Positions 10,075 through 19,895 are shown, counted from the stretch's first letter. The stretch: 44,987 bases of DNA from Leptolyngbyaceae cyanobacterium (GCA_050331235.1 JBHJHA010000076.1:1-44987); one strand, 5' to 3'. The notes: generated by a model from the letters alone, not told the origin. Numbers and translations are program-made.

Positions 10075-10774
10075 GAGTCTGTCACTCGCGATCGCGTTGA
10101 TTGTTTAAGTGCTTGAGGGGCCATTGACATGAATCGGACTGGCAGTACTGGGCAGTAATGCGTTTGTAACAATTCTGCGAAATCGCATTACAGATCGCCT
10201 ATCCCCTACTGTCGCCGTTCCCTTTTTAGGGGAGCTGAGCCCATACTGCATGGAACGGCCCCTTGGAAAGGGATTTAGGAGATGAGTTTAATATGTGTAG
10301 CTTGGATTCAGAGACCTGGCATTCGGTGGTGGGCAGTCGATTGCCCATCGGTGGTGAGTCGTTGCAGCAGCGTGTCAAGTTCTGGCCTTGGCAACTTCGT
10401 CGGATAGAGCGAGAACTCAACGTGCAGCGGTGGAAGCCTCGGCGTTGTGCCAATGCAGCAACAAAAGTTGCAGACTGAAGGTTCCCCGCGATCGCCACCA
10501 GCGCAGAGACGACGACAGCGTTTCCTGACTTGTCAAAGAATCTCAGTGGGCGCTGGCTGCTGGATGGATAGTCCAGTTTTCGAGTATGGGTGTGACAAAA
10601 TGAACATTAATCGCTGTCGGCACTGGGCAGTCCTGTCAAACTTAAGCCGATTTGTATCTCTTGCAATCAGTTATGTAACTTGTTGAGCTTTAGTAAGACT
10701 CTAGTTTTGATCTCCGCGATGACTTACAGTGTGGAAATGTGTAGACAGCGCTGTGAACAGGTATGAGCCACTGA

Positions 10775-11047
10775 ATGAGCACAGAGAATTACATCAATCA
10801 CCCCACATTTGGACTACTTTTCCGGCTGTGTATGGTTGCTGAAGGGGAAGAGTTATTTGCTACTCTCTATGCTCAACGGTTGTTTTTTGTGGTGACGGCA
10901 ACAGCGTCTAAAGGATTTGCCTTAGCCACGGTCAGCCGCAGTGATGCCCGCCAGCGATTTGAAGAGCGTATGCGGTATTTACGGCGACGAGGAGACTATT
11001 CAGAGTACGATCGCCTACAGCGAATTTATAAACAGACGTTTCAATGA
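10775..11047 (+). CDS. pipX: PII/NtcA-interacting protein PipX
   Basis: ENYINHPTFGLLF, LFATLYAQRLFF and C-terminal LRR..Y..L..IYKQTF. 90 aa, with a 4-nt overlap into the downstream yggS-family gene. Confidence 0.95.
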   Translation: MSTENYINHPTFGLLFRLCMVAEGEELFATLYAQRLFFVVTATASKGFALATVSRSDARQRFEERMRYLRRRGDYSEYDRLQRIYKQTFQ

Positions 11048-11730
11048 CCGCTCCTGTTTTAGCCGCTCAAATTGCTGCTCAGATTGCGACTGTGACGACG
11101 ACTTTACCTCCGCGGGTGCGGCTGATCGCCGTTTCTAAAAAGCAGCCCGTGGAAGCAATTAGAGCCGCCTATCAGGCGGGGGTACGAGATTTTGGTGAAA
11201 GCATGGTGCAAGAGGCGATCGCTAAGCAAGCGGAGTTGACCGACCTCAAAGGTATCACCTGGCATTTAATTGGCCATTTACAAACGAATAAAGCCCGTAA
11301 AGCGTTAGAAAGTTTTAACTGGATTCATTCTATAGACAGCTTAAAAATCGCCGAGCGCTTAGATCGCATCGCGGCAGACATCGCCCGCACTCCTCAATGC
11401 TGCCTACAAGTCAAAATGGTGCCGGATGACGCCAAGTTTGGTTTTAGCGTTGAAGCTTTGTGGGAAGCGCTACCGCAGCTCGAGCAGCTGCAGCATCTCA
11501 ATATTGTGGGTTTGATGACGATTCCCCCCCAGGGCACCTCTGTGACTGCCGCTCAGGCAATATTTTGTCAGGCTCAAACGCTGCTCGATCAAATCAATCA
11601 GCAGGACTTTGATCGGCTGCACTTATCAGAACTTTCAATGGGAATGTCGGGGGACTATCCAGTTGCGATCGCTGCTGGTTCAACCATGATCCGACTAGGG
11701 ACAACTCTCTTTGGCGATCGCCCAGCTTAG
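11044..11730 (+). CDS. pipY: PLP-binding protein (YggS/COG0325), PipY
   Basis: LIAVSKK (PLP lysine), DFGES, WHLIGHLQTNK, GLMTIPP, LSMGMSGDY and IRLGTTLFG motifs. Confidence 0.95.
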   Translation: MTAPVLAAQIAAQIATVTTTLPPRVRLIAVSKKQPVEAIRAAYQAGVRDFGESMVQEAIAKQAELTDLKGITWHLIGHLQTNKARKALESFNWIHSIDSLKIAERLDRIAADIARTPQCCLQVKMVPDDAKFGFSVEALWEALPQLEQLQHLNIVGLMTIPPQGTSVTAAQAIFCQAQTLLDQINQQDFDRLHLSELSMGMSGDYPVAIAAGSTMIRLGTTLFGDRPA

Positions 11731-12145
11731 GTTTCAGCGATCGTGAGATCGTGACCGCGCTTCAACTTTGATGGATCTGATCGCGCTGAGTGATATCAGC
11801 AAACATGATCGTTGCGATCGCTTCAGCTTTGAGAAAAAGATGAAAGTAAGTCGTACCAAAGATCCCAAAGTTTTTAACTAATTATTAATAGGGATGTCCT
11901 TTTAGGGATTTCGTGTATACTGTGGACTCAAATTCCGCATTCTCGATTAGAGTAAAGGCGGTTCAACGAACGGGTCGTTTTTTGACTGAATCAAATTTGG
12001 ATTCGGTTTTGTAAACGGCAAACCTAACCTCAATAGTTGGCATGTTCAGCCGTCGAGCTGACGCTGATAAATGGGGCCGTTGGCATCATCTCTCATGCGA
12101 AGTAGGACTCGTCCTACGATTTGCTGATTGTTATGGAGTGTACTT

Positions 12146-12766
12146 GTGAGCAACTTGTTCAATAAACTAAGAGACTTTGTCGGCCTAAACGATCCTGCCG
12201 ACTATGACTACGAATATGACGAGATAGAAGCGGGTGAAGAGTATCAAACGCTCTATCAAGAAGAGAACTCTCAACCGGCAGTCGCGGCTCCCCAGCCTCA
12301 ACAGCCACCACAGGAGGAACCTCGCGCCCGGCGTCGCGTTCGCGAACGGATGTTGTCTAATGAAACCGGAATGAACACTATGGGAAGTAATGTGATTGGT
12401 ATGCCTGGAGCCATCAACGGAGCCTCTGAAGTCGTTGTCATGGAGCCCCGTTCTTTTGAAGAAATGCCCCAAGCGATTCAGGCATTGCGGGAGCGCAAGT
12501 CTGTGGTCCTGAATCTCACCACGATGGACCCTGACCAAGCACAGCGGGCCGTTGACTTCGTGGCCGGTGGTACCTATGCCATTGACGGTCATCAGGAGCG
12601 TATCGGTGAGAGCATTTTCCTCTTTACGCCTAACTGTGTCCATGTGAGCACGCCGACCGACGTCGAGGAAGATATGCCCATTGCGCCTCAAACGCCCATG
12701 ATGGATCCTCGCAATGTGCCTCCCACGCCCGTTTGGGGTGGCGATCGCGCAGTCGGCCTCGGCTAA
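12146..12766 (+). CDS. sepF: Cell division protein SepF
   Basis: N-terminal amphipathic [12 protein letters not shown] and core [29 protein letters not shown]...[10 protein letters not shown]...IFLFTP. GTG at 12146 has GGAG upstream, so it is preferred over the track's 12128 start. Confidence 0.95.
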   Translation: MSNLFNKLRDFVGLNDPADYDYEYDEIEAGEEYQTLYQEENSQPAVAAPQPQQPPQEEPRARRRVRERMLSNETGMNTMGSNVIGMPGAINGASEVVVMEPRSFEEMPQAIQALRERKSVVLNLTTMDPDQAQRAVDFVAGGTYAIDGHQERIGESIFLFTPNCVHVSTPTDVEEDMPIAPQTPMMDPRNVPPTPVWGGDRAVGLG

Positions 12767-12857
12767 TTTCACACTCCAGCAGTCAGGCTGAGGGAGTTGA
12801 CGTTTGGCAGCCTTGCTGTGCTGCCAGCCTTGTTGTTCGTTGAAAGGACTTAGCTAG

Positions 12858-13664
12858 TTGCCAACCCAGCTAAGCGTTTTGGGAGGCGGGGTGATGGGTG
12901 AAGCACTCATCTCTCGCCTTATTTCCCTGGAAACTTTTGCGGCTGACGCGATTATGGTCGGGGACCCCTCGGTAGCCCGCCGACAGTTCTTGGTGGATCA
13001 GTATGGAGTGCAAACCACAGATGATAATGCGGCGGCGCTAGACGGGGCCGACGCTGTGCTGGTGGCGGTTAAGCCGCAGATTTTTGCAAAAATTGTGCCT
13101 GATTTACAAGCGGCGGCGACCCAGCAATCGTCTCTCCTGTTGTCCATTATGGCCGGGACGCCTCTGGCAACCTTAGAAGCTGCCGCGCCTAATTGGCCAG
13201 TTGTCCGTGCTATGCCGAATACCCCTGCAACGGTCGGTGCGGGCATGACGGCGATCGCCGCAGGCCAAAACGCTACAGCCAACCATTTGCAGCAAGCTAC
13301 GGATATCTTTGCTGCTGTGGGCCAAGTCGTGACTGTACCCGAGTCTCTGATCAATGCTGTTACCGGGCTGTCGGGCTCGGGTCCCGGCTATGTGGCCGTC
13401 ATGATAGAAGCCTTAGCCGACGGTGGCGTTGCTGCTGGTTTGCCTCGGGCCACCGCTCTGCAATTAGCGATTCAAACGGTGAGTGGCACAGCCACCCTAC
13501 TGCAAGAGACAGAGATGCATCCAGCAGTGCTCAAAGACCGGGTGACGAGCCCTGGCGGCACCACGATCGCTGGCGTCACTCAGTTGGAAATGGGCGGTGT
13601 CCGAGCCGCCTTGATCAAGGCGGTGAAGGCGGCTTGTGATCGCGCCCAAGAACTGGGCTCTTAA
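12858..13664 (+). CDS. proC: Pyrroline-5-carboxylate reductase
   Basis: LGGGVMG, AVKPQ, VRAMPNTP, GLSGSGP and VTSPGGTT motifs. Confidence 0.96.
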   Translation: MPTQLSVLGGGVMGEALISRLISLETFAADAIMVGDPSVARRQFLVDQYGVQTTDDNAAALDGADAVLVAVKPQIFAKIVPDLQAAATQQSSLLLSIMAGTPLATLEAAAPNWPVVRAMPNTPATVGAGMTAIAAGQNATANHLQQATDIFAAVGQVVTVPESLINAVTGLSGSGPGYVAVMIEALADGGVAAGLPRATALQLAIQTVSGTATLLQETEMHPAVLKDRVTSPGGTTIAGVTQLEMGGVRAALIKAVKAACDRAQELGS

Positions 13665-13667
13665 TTC

Positions 13668-14312
13668 TCAGCTGGTTTGGTTAGAGCTCCCCAATCGCGG
13701 CTCGGTCCCTGCTAAAAGGCGCTGAATATTGGCACGGTGGCGCAACACGACATATAAGCTACCAGCCACAGCTAGCAGACTATAGGGCAATGGTTGCTGC
13801 AGCACGATCATCAGTAAAGCGGAGGCGATCGCCGCCGTCATGGAGCCGAGCGAGACAATTTTGGATAGACCCAAAACCAGCGCGAAGACAGCCGCTGCCC
13901 CTACACCCGCTGGCCAGTGCAGCGCCAACAAGACGCCGAGGCCAGTGGCGGCTGACTTGCCCCCGGTCCAGTTGAGCCAAATGGAGCGACTGTGGCCCAC
14001 AATCGCCAACAGCCCAGCCCCCGTAATCCACCACGGAACGGTATTGAGCCATTGGGGTTGAGCCGCAAAGGCCATCTCCAGCACGATCGAGGCGCATACA
14101 ACCGCGAGGAGACCTTTAAATAGGTCAATGAGTAAGACGGTAACCCCTGCTTGCTTGCCCACTACTCGAAAAACATTGGTCGCCCCGGTATTGCCTGAGC
14201 CGTAGTCTCGGATGTCAACGCCTTTGATTGCTCGAGTCACTAAATATCCGGTGGGTAATGATCCCAAGAAGTAAGCTACTAGCAATATCGAGCTGCCGAT
14301 CGCCCAAGCCAT
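13668..14312 (-). CDS. plsY: Acyl-phosphate:glycerol-3-phosphate acyltransferase
   Basis: YFLGSLP.G, DIRDYGSGNTGATNVFR, GGKSAATGLG and HRANIQRLLAGTE motifs. Confidence 0.96.
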   Translation of the reverse strand: MAWAIGSSILLVAYFLGSLPTGYLVTRAIKGVDIRDYGSGNTGATNVFRVVGKQAGVTVLLIDLFKGLLAVVCASIVLEMAFAAQPQWLNTVPWWITGAGLLAIVGHSRSIWLNWTGGKSAATGLGVLLALHWPAGVGAAAVFALVLGLSKIVSLGSMTAAIASALLMIVLQQPLPYSLLAVAGSLYVVLRHRANIQRLLAGTEPRLGSSNQTS

Positions 14313-14473
14313 TGGTGAATCCTTGATCTGGTGCCAATCATCAGTTTACTGGTCGGTGGTGGATCTCCCGAGAGCTCTTGAGCAACTGTTTACAAAGCTG
14401 CTGTATTACCGCCGTCTTGGGGCCAGACCTGGGCGGCCACCTGAGCCAGTGCTGGCGGTGAATGCCGCTTAGG

Positions 14474-16585
14474 CTAAGGCTGGGTCAGCCAAACCTTAAT
14501 CGCTGGATTTTCGCGGCTGGCGACTACAATTTGCTGACTAGAAGGCAGCAAAATATGGTCGATGGGCATGCCGAGACCGGTATAGGTAGCTTGGAGCTGA
14601 GCCGTGGCCACATCCCACTGCCGCACCGTTTCGTCGGCGCTGCCGCTGGTGACGTACTGACCGTTGCGACTCATTGTCAAGACGTTCACATAGCTGGTAT
14701 GGGCGGCTAGGGTGTTGAGCACTTCGCCCGTGGTGAGATTCCATCGTTTGAGGGTGCCATCGGCACTCGCGCTAAACAGGTATCGACCGTCAGGGCTCGC
14801 GGCGATCGCGTTGACATAGCTCTCGTGGCCCTCTAACGTAGCGATTTCTTCGCCGCTGGCCAGTTGCCAAATCCGAATGGTGCGGTCCGTGCCGCCGCTG
14901 ATGACCCGTTGACCGTCATTGGTGACGAATAGGGTGTTGACTGCTCCTTGATGACCTGTCAGGGTTTGGACGAGCGCTTGTGTCGCATTGTCCCAAACAT
15001 GAATTGTGCCATCGGAGGCCCCACTGACCAATAGCCGGCCATCCGGATTCCGACCCAGGGTGTTGATGGGGCTGACATGCCCTTCATAGCGGGCAGTTTG
15101 TTTGCCGGTAGCCAGATCCCAAGCCAAAATTGTGCCGCTAGCACTGCCGCTGTAAAGCGTTTGTTCATCAGGACTCAGGGCGATCGCATTGATAAAGGTT
15201 TCGTGGCCTACATACGTTTGTAGAGACTCGCCAGTGCTCAAATCCCACAGACGTATGGTGGTATCAGCACTGGCGCTCACAAACCGCCGCTCATCGGATA
15301 GCAGCAGGAGCGCATTAATGGAGTTTTCGTGGGCGCTCAAGGTTCGCAATAGCTGCGCCGTAATCTCCGGCGCGTCTGCTGTTTCCGGGCCTGGAAGAGA
15401 TTCGGCCGGAGGCACAACTGTGGCCGACTGCGATCGCTGACGCCCCCAAACTCCCAGCCCGATCAGGGCCACGGCTGACAAAATGACTCCGCTGGCAATT
15501 AGCCAAGTCCAGTGAGTGACCTTTTCCGAAACTTTTGTGGTGTCATTCACATGGGTGGCAGGCGGCCCAGCTTGTGCATACTCCGGCATCTGAAAGCCAC
15601 TCGCCTGAGTCGCGTCGCTGACGGGCGGAGAAGTGATGGCATGTAGAGCGGTTTCTCCAGACTGATTGATAAACTGCCCCAGCGACAGTTGATGCAGGCG
15701 GTCTAGCAGCTCTTGGGCGGTTTTGGGGCGATCAATGACACGAGGTGAGACCAAGCTGTCTAGCAAATTGGCAAAATCTGCGGAGACGCTGCTCGCATGG
15801 GTACGCCACTGAAAGCGATTAAGCATGGGATCATATAGGGCGGCATCGTTGGGCGATCGCCCCGTCAACAAAAAAATGATGGTACGACCCAAGGCATAAA
15901 AATCAGACTGGGGTACGGCTTGGCCTTGCTCTTGTTCGGGGGGGGTGTAGCCAGCCGAGCTGATGGTAGTAACTCCCAAGCTGCCCACTTGAGCTAGGTA
16001 GGTTTGACTCATTTCCCGGGCCGCCCCAAAGTCCACCAGCACGAGCTGGCCGCTAGAGCGCAACATGATGTTATCCGGCTTAATATCCCGATGAAAATAG
16101 TTGAGCTGATGGACTCGGCGCAAAATTTCCGTGAGCTGAAAAAGCCACCGAAAGGCTTGGCGTTCGCCAATTGGGTGATTGCCCTGCTGCTGCATCCACT
16201 GCAGCAGGTTTAGGCCGTCAATCTTCTCCATCACAATGCAGTGGAGAGCAGTACCCGGCTGAGGCGTAAATACAAAATAGCCCTGGTCTTCAATCTGGGG
16301 CACGCCGGGGTGTTTAATCTGGCTCAGGACTTCAGCCTCTTTGCGGAATAGGCTCAGAACTTTGCTGTTGTCGCTATGGTCTGGTTTGAGCACTTTGAGA
16401 ATCTTGGGCTGATCCTGCTGATAGGCTTCATACACCAACCCAAATCCACTACGGCTACTCAAGAGTCGCATAACACGGTATTTGCTCTGCAAGAGCAACT
16501 CTGCCCCACACGCCTGGCAAATAACGTGATGGCTGTTGTCGGGGTGGGTAGGCTGCGGGCAACTAGGATTGATGCAAAGGCTCAT
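14474..16585 (-). CDS. Membrane Ser/Thr protein kinase with N-terminal 4-Cys motif, one TM helix and C-terminal WD40 propeller
   Basis: CINPSC..CQACG prefix; SGFGLVY, ILKVL, HRDIKPDN, DFG and YTPPE kinase motifs; hydrophobic WTWLIASGVILSAVALIGLGVW; about 7 GH...WD repeats. Confidence 0.93.
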   Translation of the reverse strand: MSLCINPSCPQPTHPDNSHHVICQACGAELLLQSKYRVMRLLSSRSGFGLVYEAYQQDQPKILKVLKPDHSDNSKVLSLFRKEAEVLSQIKHPGVPQIEDQGYFVFTPQPGTALHCIVMEKIDGLNLLQWMQQQGNHPIGERQAFRWLFQLTEILRRVHQLNYFHRDIKPDNIMLRSSGQLVLVDFGAAREMSQTYLAQVGSLGVTTISSAGYTPPEQEQGQAVPQSDFYALGRTIIFLLTGRSPNDAALYDPMLNRFQWRTHASSVSADFANLLDSLVSPRVIDRPKTAQELLDRLHQLSLGQFINQSGETALHAITSPPVSDATQASGFQMPEYAQAGPPATHVNDTTKVSEKVTHWTWLIASGVILSAVALIGLGVWGRQRSQSATVVPPAESLPGPETADAPEITAQLLRTLSAHENSINALLLLSDERRFVSASADTTIRLWDLSTGESLQTYVGHETFINAIALSPDEQTLYSGSASGTILAWDLATGKQTARYEGHVSPINTLGRNPDGRLLVSGASDGTIHVWDNATQALVQTLTGHQGAVNTLFVTNDGQRVISGGTDRTIRIWQLASGEEIATLEGHESYVNAIAASPDGRYLFSASADGTLKRWNLTTGEVLNTLAAHTSYVNVLTMSRNGQYVTSGSADETVRQWDVATAQLQATYTGLGMPIDHILLPSSQQIVVASRENPAIKVWLTQP

Positions 16586-16824
16586 GGGTAACTCGTAACA
16601 GGAAGATGCATCCCTCGGGTCAGTCGAATCTGAAAGGGAGATGTGGATTTGCTATCTATGTTGCATAGCGTGGGCCAAAACGTCAGAGAGCGGGCTGCTT
16701 CGCTGACTGATGTTGGAGTTCACTTTCAGTACTACCATTCACTAGCATTCACGGATTTATGAGAAATGTATCCCTAAGTTTTGTGACGATACATAGGGAT
16801 GGCATACGTATTTTGTCGATTCAG

Positions 16825-18507
16825 TTACAGCCGCAGTAGCTGTTCCATTGCTTGGGGGCTGAGTGGTTTAGAAAACAAAAACCCCTGTCCTGATTCACAC
16901 CGTAGGGCTTGTACTTGAGCTAAGTGGCGTTGGGTTTCAATGCCTTCTGCCACGACTTCTAACCCGAGGTTCCAGGCTAAACGGACGACTGACTGCAGGA
17001 TTTCTAATTTTTCAAAATCAGAGTCCGCATTTTCTAAAAATGAGCGATCGATTTTCAAGGTATCGACTGGGAAGCGATGTAGGTAGCTTAAGGAGGAGTA
17101 GCCTGTGCCAAAATCGTCGACGGAAAGCTTGATGCCCAGTTGGCGAATTGCCGCCAAAATTTCAATAATGGAATTGGAATGATCGATTAAAACACTTTCG
17201 GTCATTTCAATCTTTAAGTATCGGGGAGCTAGGCCAGTCTGAGTCAAGATGTTTTGGATTATGTCGAGGACATTTTTTTGCGCAAACTGTTGGCTAGACA
17301 TGTTGACGCTGATAAATAGGTCGCTGGCACCGGGAATGCGCTCGTGCCAGCTCTGAAGTTGCCGACAGGACTCCTCTAACACCCACCAGCCGAGGGGTAC
17401 AATCAACCCGGTTTTTTCCGCTAGGGAGATGAATTCGGCGGGTGTCAACAGTCCCTGGGTGGGATGATGCCAACGCACGAGCGACTCCATGCCGATGACT
17501 TGCTGAGTGCGAACCAAAAAGATGGGTTGATATTCGAGGTAAAGTTCGCGGCGTTCGATAGCCTGTCGCAACGACATCTCTAGGTGCAGCGAGTTATCGA
17601 GGCTGGCTTCCATGGCGGCTTCAAAGACGCAGTAGGGCTGATGAAAGCGGGCTTTGGCTTCGCCCATGGCTAGATCAGCCTGACGGAGCAAGATGTCGGC
17701 TGTGAGATGTAGGTGGTTGCCAAGGCTAATGCCCATACTGACGCCGATGGTGATGTTGCAGTCCGCGATCGCAAATGGCTGAGTCAAGGTGTCATGGATG
17801 GCGTCGGCTAGGGTGATCACCTCAGCGCAAGCGGATACGTCTTCGAGGAGCAGCGTAAATTCATCACCGCCTAGTCGCGACAGAGTATCTGCTGGACGAA
17901 TTACGGCCTTGATGCGCCGAGCGACATCCACTAACAGGCGATCGCCCGCCAGGTATCCAAAGGTATCGTTAACGGCTTTGAGCCGGGTGATATCTAAGCA
18001 GAGAATCGCGACGGACTGATCAGACTGCTGCTGGGTTCTGAGCAACGCCCGCTGTAAGCGCTCCATGAATACGGCGCGGCTGACCAAACCCGTCAGGTCG
18101 TCATGGCTGTGGTCTCCGCTCAGGACCGCATCTGTCGGTTTCTGGTGGGGCACTGGGCGAATGAGCAAGAGCGCCCCCACAAAGTTTTGGCTCGCCAGCT
18201 CAAAGCTGGAACCAGTGATGGCCACCGACTGGTGGCATCTGTTTGGCAGGCACCCGATAAACTCGCGATCGCGAAAGTTGTTGCCGGCCAAAATCATGGC
18301 TAGCGGGCTGATATCAGCGGGCGTACATTGCTCTGTAGAGTACTCCCAAAGGTAAGCTGGGCAAGGGTCTAAGGTGACTAAGGATGGTAACAGGGTTGCG
18401 AAGTGCGATCGCGCGGCCTGATTGGCATATATCACCTCCCCATGGTGACTGGCGACAACGACGGCATCCTGACAATGTTTAAATAGCGCGCTGATGATAT
18501 CTTGCAT
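16825..18507 (-). CDS. PAS-like / GGDEF / EAL c-di-GMP turnover protein
   Basis: HDDLTGL and RLGGDEF; YQPI..ESLVRW, KIEMTES, DDFGTGYSSLSYL, LKIDRSF, VAEGIET and QGFLFSKP. Confidence 0.93.
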   Translation of the reverse strand: MQDIISALFKHCQDAVVVASHHGEVIYANQAARSHFATLLPSLVTLDPCPAYLWEYSTEQCTPADISPLAMILAGNNFRDREFIGCLPNRCHQSVAITGSSFELASQNFVGALLLIRPVPHQKPTDAVLSGDHSHDDLTGLVSRAVFMERLQRALLRTQQQSDQSVAILCLDITRLKAVNDTFGYLAGDRLLVDVARRIKAVIRPADTLSRLGGDEFTLLLEDVSACAEVITLADAIHDTLTQPFAIADCNITIGVSMGISLGNHLHLTADILLRQADLAMGEAKARFHQPYCVFEAAMEASLDNSLHLEMSLRQAIERRELYLEYQPIFLVRTQQVIGMESLVRWHHPTQGLLTPAEFISLAEKTGLIVPLGWWVLEESCRQLQSWHERIPGASDLFISVNMSSQQFAQKNVLDIIQNILTQTGLAPRYLKIEMTESVLIDHSNSIIEILAAIRQLGIKLSVDDFGTGYSSLSYLHRFPVDTLKIDRSFLENADSDFEKLEILQSVVRLAWNLGLEVVAEGIETQRHLAQVQALRCESGQGFLFSKPLSPQAMEQLLRL

Positions 18508-18933
18508 AGCAGAAAGAAAAGCCTAAGCCGTTTAAGCCACCGCCTCAAAAAATGAGAATAAGTGTTTACTGAACTCAACTTACGGTGGGAATCAAGCACA
18601 AAACCATAATTTTCAGAAAAATGCGACTGGCAATTGTCAATTTTAAATCTCTGTTCCAGGTTTAAACCTAAGCAACCTTGAGGGTGAGTTGCTATCTAGT
18701 GTCGATTGGTTGGCTTGATAGGAATGGATTCAAGTACTTTACCGCGAACAATTTTGGTGAAACTGTTAAAGGCTGATGGTGCTTAAGGGTAACTTTTGAC
18801 CAATCCTGATATCCGATTATCAAAATATTTTACGACTATGGCGCTGCCAGCCACTGCCCTCAGCTGGTGGTCTACCAGCCTGTTAGCGATCGCGTTAGGC
18901 GTGAGTATCTATGGAGCGTGCTTGGCGCCGGTG

Positions 18934-19686
18934 TTAATTAGGGCAGTCCCGATTGTTTTGACTCCCATCGGGCATTGTTGTCCGGCAGAAAATCGTCCCC
19001 TCGAAGGTCGCTCGACTTGTTAAGGCATCAAACAGGTTGGCATCAGTCAGATTAGCTCCGTCCAGCGTGGTTCTCACTAGCCGTGCGCGTCTGAGGCTGG
19101 CATTTTGTAAGTTGGTATTGGTGAGATTGGCCCGAGCCAGATAAGCCTGATCGAGATCCGCGCCCTGTAAGTTGGCATCGCTCAAATTAGCACTGGCAAA
19201 GCTGGTTTGACCCAGCGCGGTGTTGCTGAGATTTGCCGCGGTCAGATTGCTTTCGACAAACAGGGCTTCCCAGGCATTCGCGACACTAAGGTCAGCCCCG
19301 GTGAGATCCGCCTGGGTAAAGTCGGCGTAGGCCAGGCGAGCCTCGATGAGGTGGCTATTGGTCAAGGTGGCAGCGCTGACATTGGCCCGCGTCAAGACGA
19401 CCTGGGTCAGATTGGCATTGGCTAAATTAGCTCCCTGCAAATTGCTTTGGCTGAGAACGGTTCTCTGGAGCTGCGCTCCTTGCAGGTCAGAACTTTCGAG
19501 GCTGGCCCCTAGTAAGCGCATATCGGATAGAACGGCTCCTTGCAGGTCGCAGCCAAAGCACTCTTTCGCGATTAAAAACTGCCGCAAGTCGTCGGGATTT
19601 TCAGCGACGGCGGTCATGGTTATGCCCAAAACAATGCCTTTAACTAGGACGCCTATGGCGATCGCGAAGCGGCTAACTTTGCCCAT
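18934..19686 (-). CDS. Exported pentapeptide-repeat protein
   Basis: Signal-like N-terminus from ATG 19686, KECFGCDLQGA, a long run of A(N/D)L(T/S)x repeats and C-terminal FCRTTMPDG. The start could alternatively be 19737. Confidence 0.9.
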   Translation of the reverse strand: MGKVSRFAIAIGVLVKGIVLGITMTAVAENPDDLRQFLIAKECFGCDLQGAVLSDMRLLGASLESSDLQGAQLQRTVLSQSNLQGANLANANLTQVVLTRANVSAATLTNSHLIEARLAYADFTQADLTGADLSVANAWEALFVESNLTAANLSNTALGQTSFASANLSDANLQGADLDQAYLARANLTNTNLQNASLRRARLVRTTLDGANLTDANLFDALTSRATFEGTIFCRTTMPDGSQNNRDCPN

Positions 19687-19895
19687 GTCTCTTGCTGATT
19701 GACGGTGTGAAGTTGAAGACTTTACGCAACCAGCCATCCAACTCAGTAATTTACTTCTACAATATCAGCACATTCTGAACGCGATTGAGCGTTGCCAATG
19801 ATCTCGCCGGGTAGGGCTGTGCCAACGCCGCTGCGAACCCGGTGGAATAAATTTCCAGACCTTGCTTTAGCAGCCCCTTTGCCGGTTTTGCACCT

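Noticed and set aside
10229..10260. GGGGAGCTGAG as a possible TPP riboswitch start
   Set aside because: No CTGAGA...ACCTGA...TAATAC...GCGNAGG core follows.
12014..12053. GGCAAACC as a possible c-di-GMP-I riboswitch
   Set aside because: No GAAA tetraloop hairpin or GACGCAAAG junction follows.
16766..16794. TGTA...TACA as an NtcA site
   Set aside because: Spacing is far from GTA-N8-TAC.
18934..19560. Periodic DNA similarity suggestive of a tandem repeat or CRISPR array
   Set aside because: Explained by pentapeptide-repeat coding (and WD40 repeats at about 14480-15330); there are no constant repeats with unique spacers and no cas genes.
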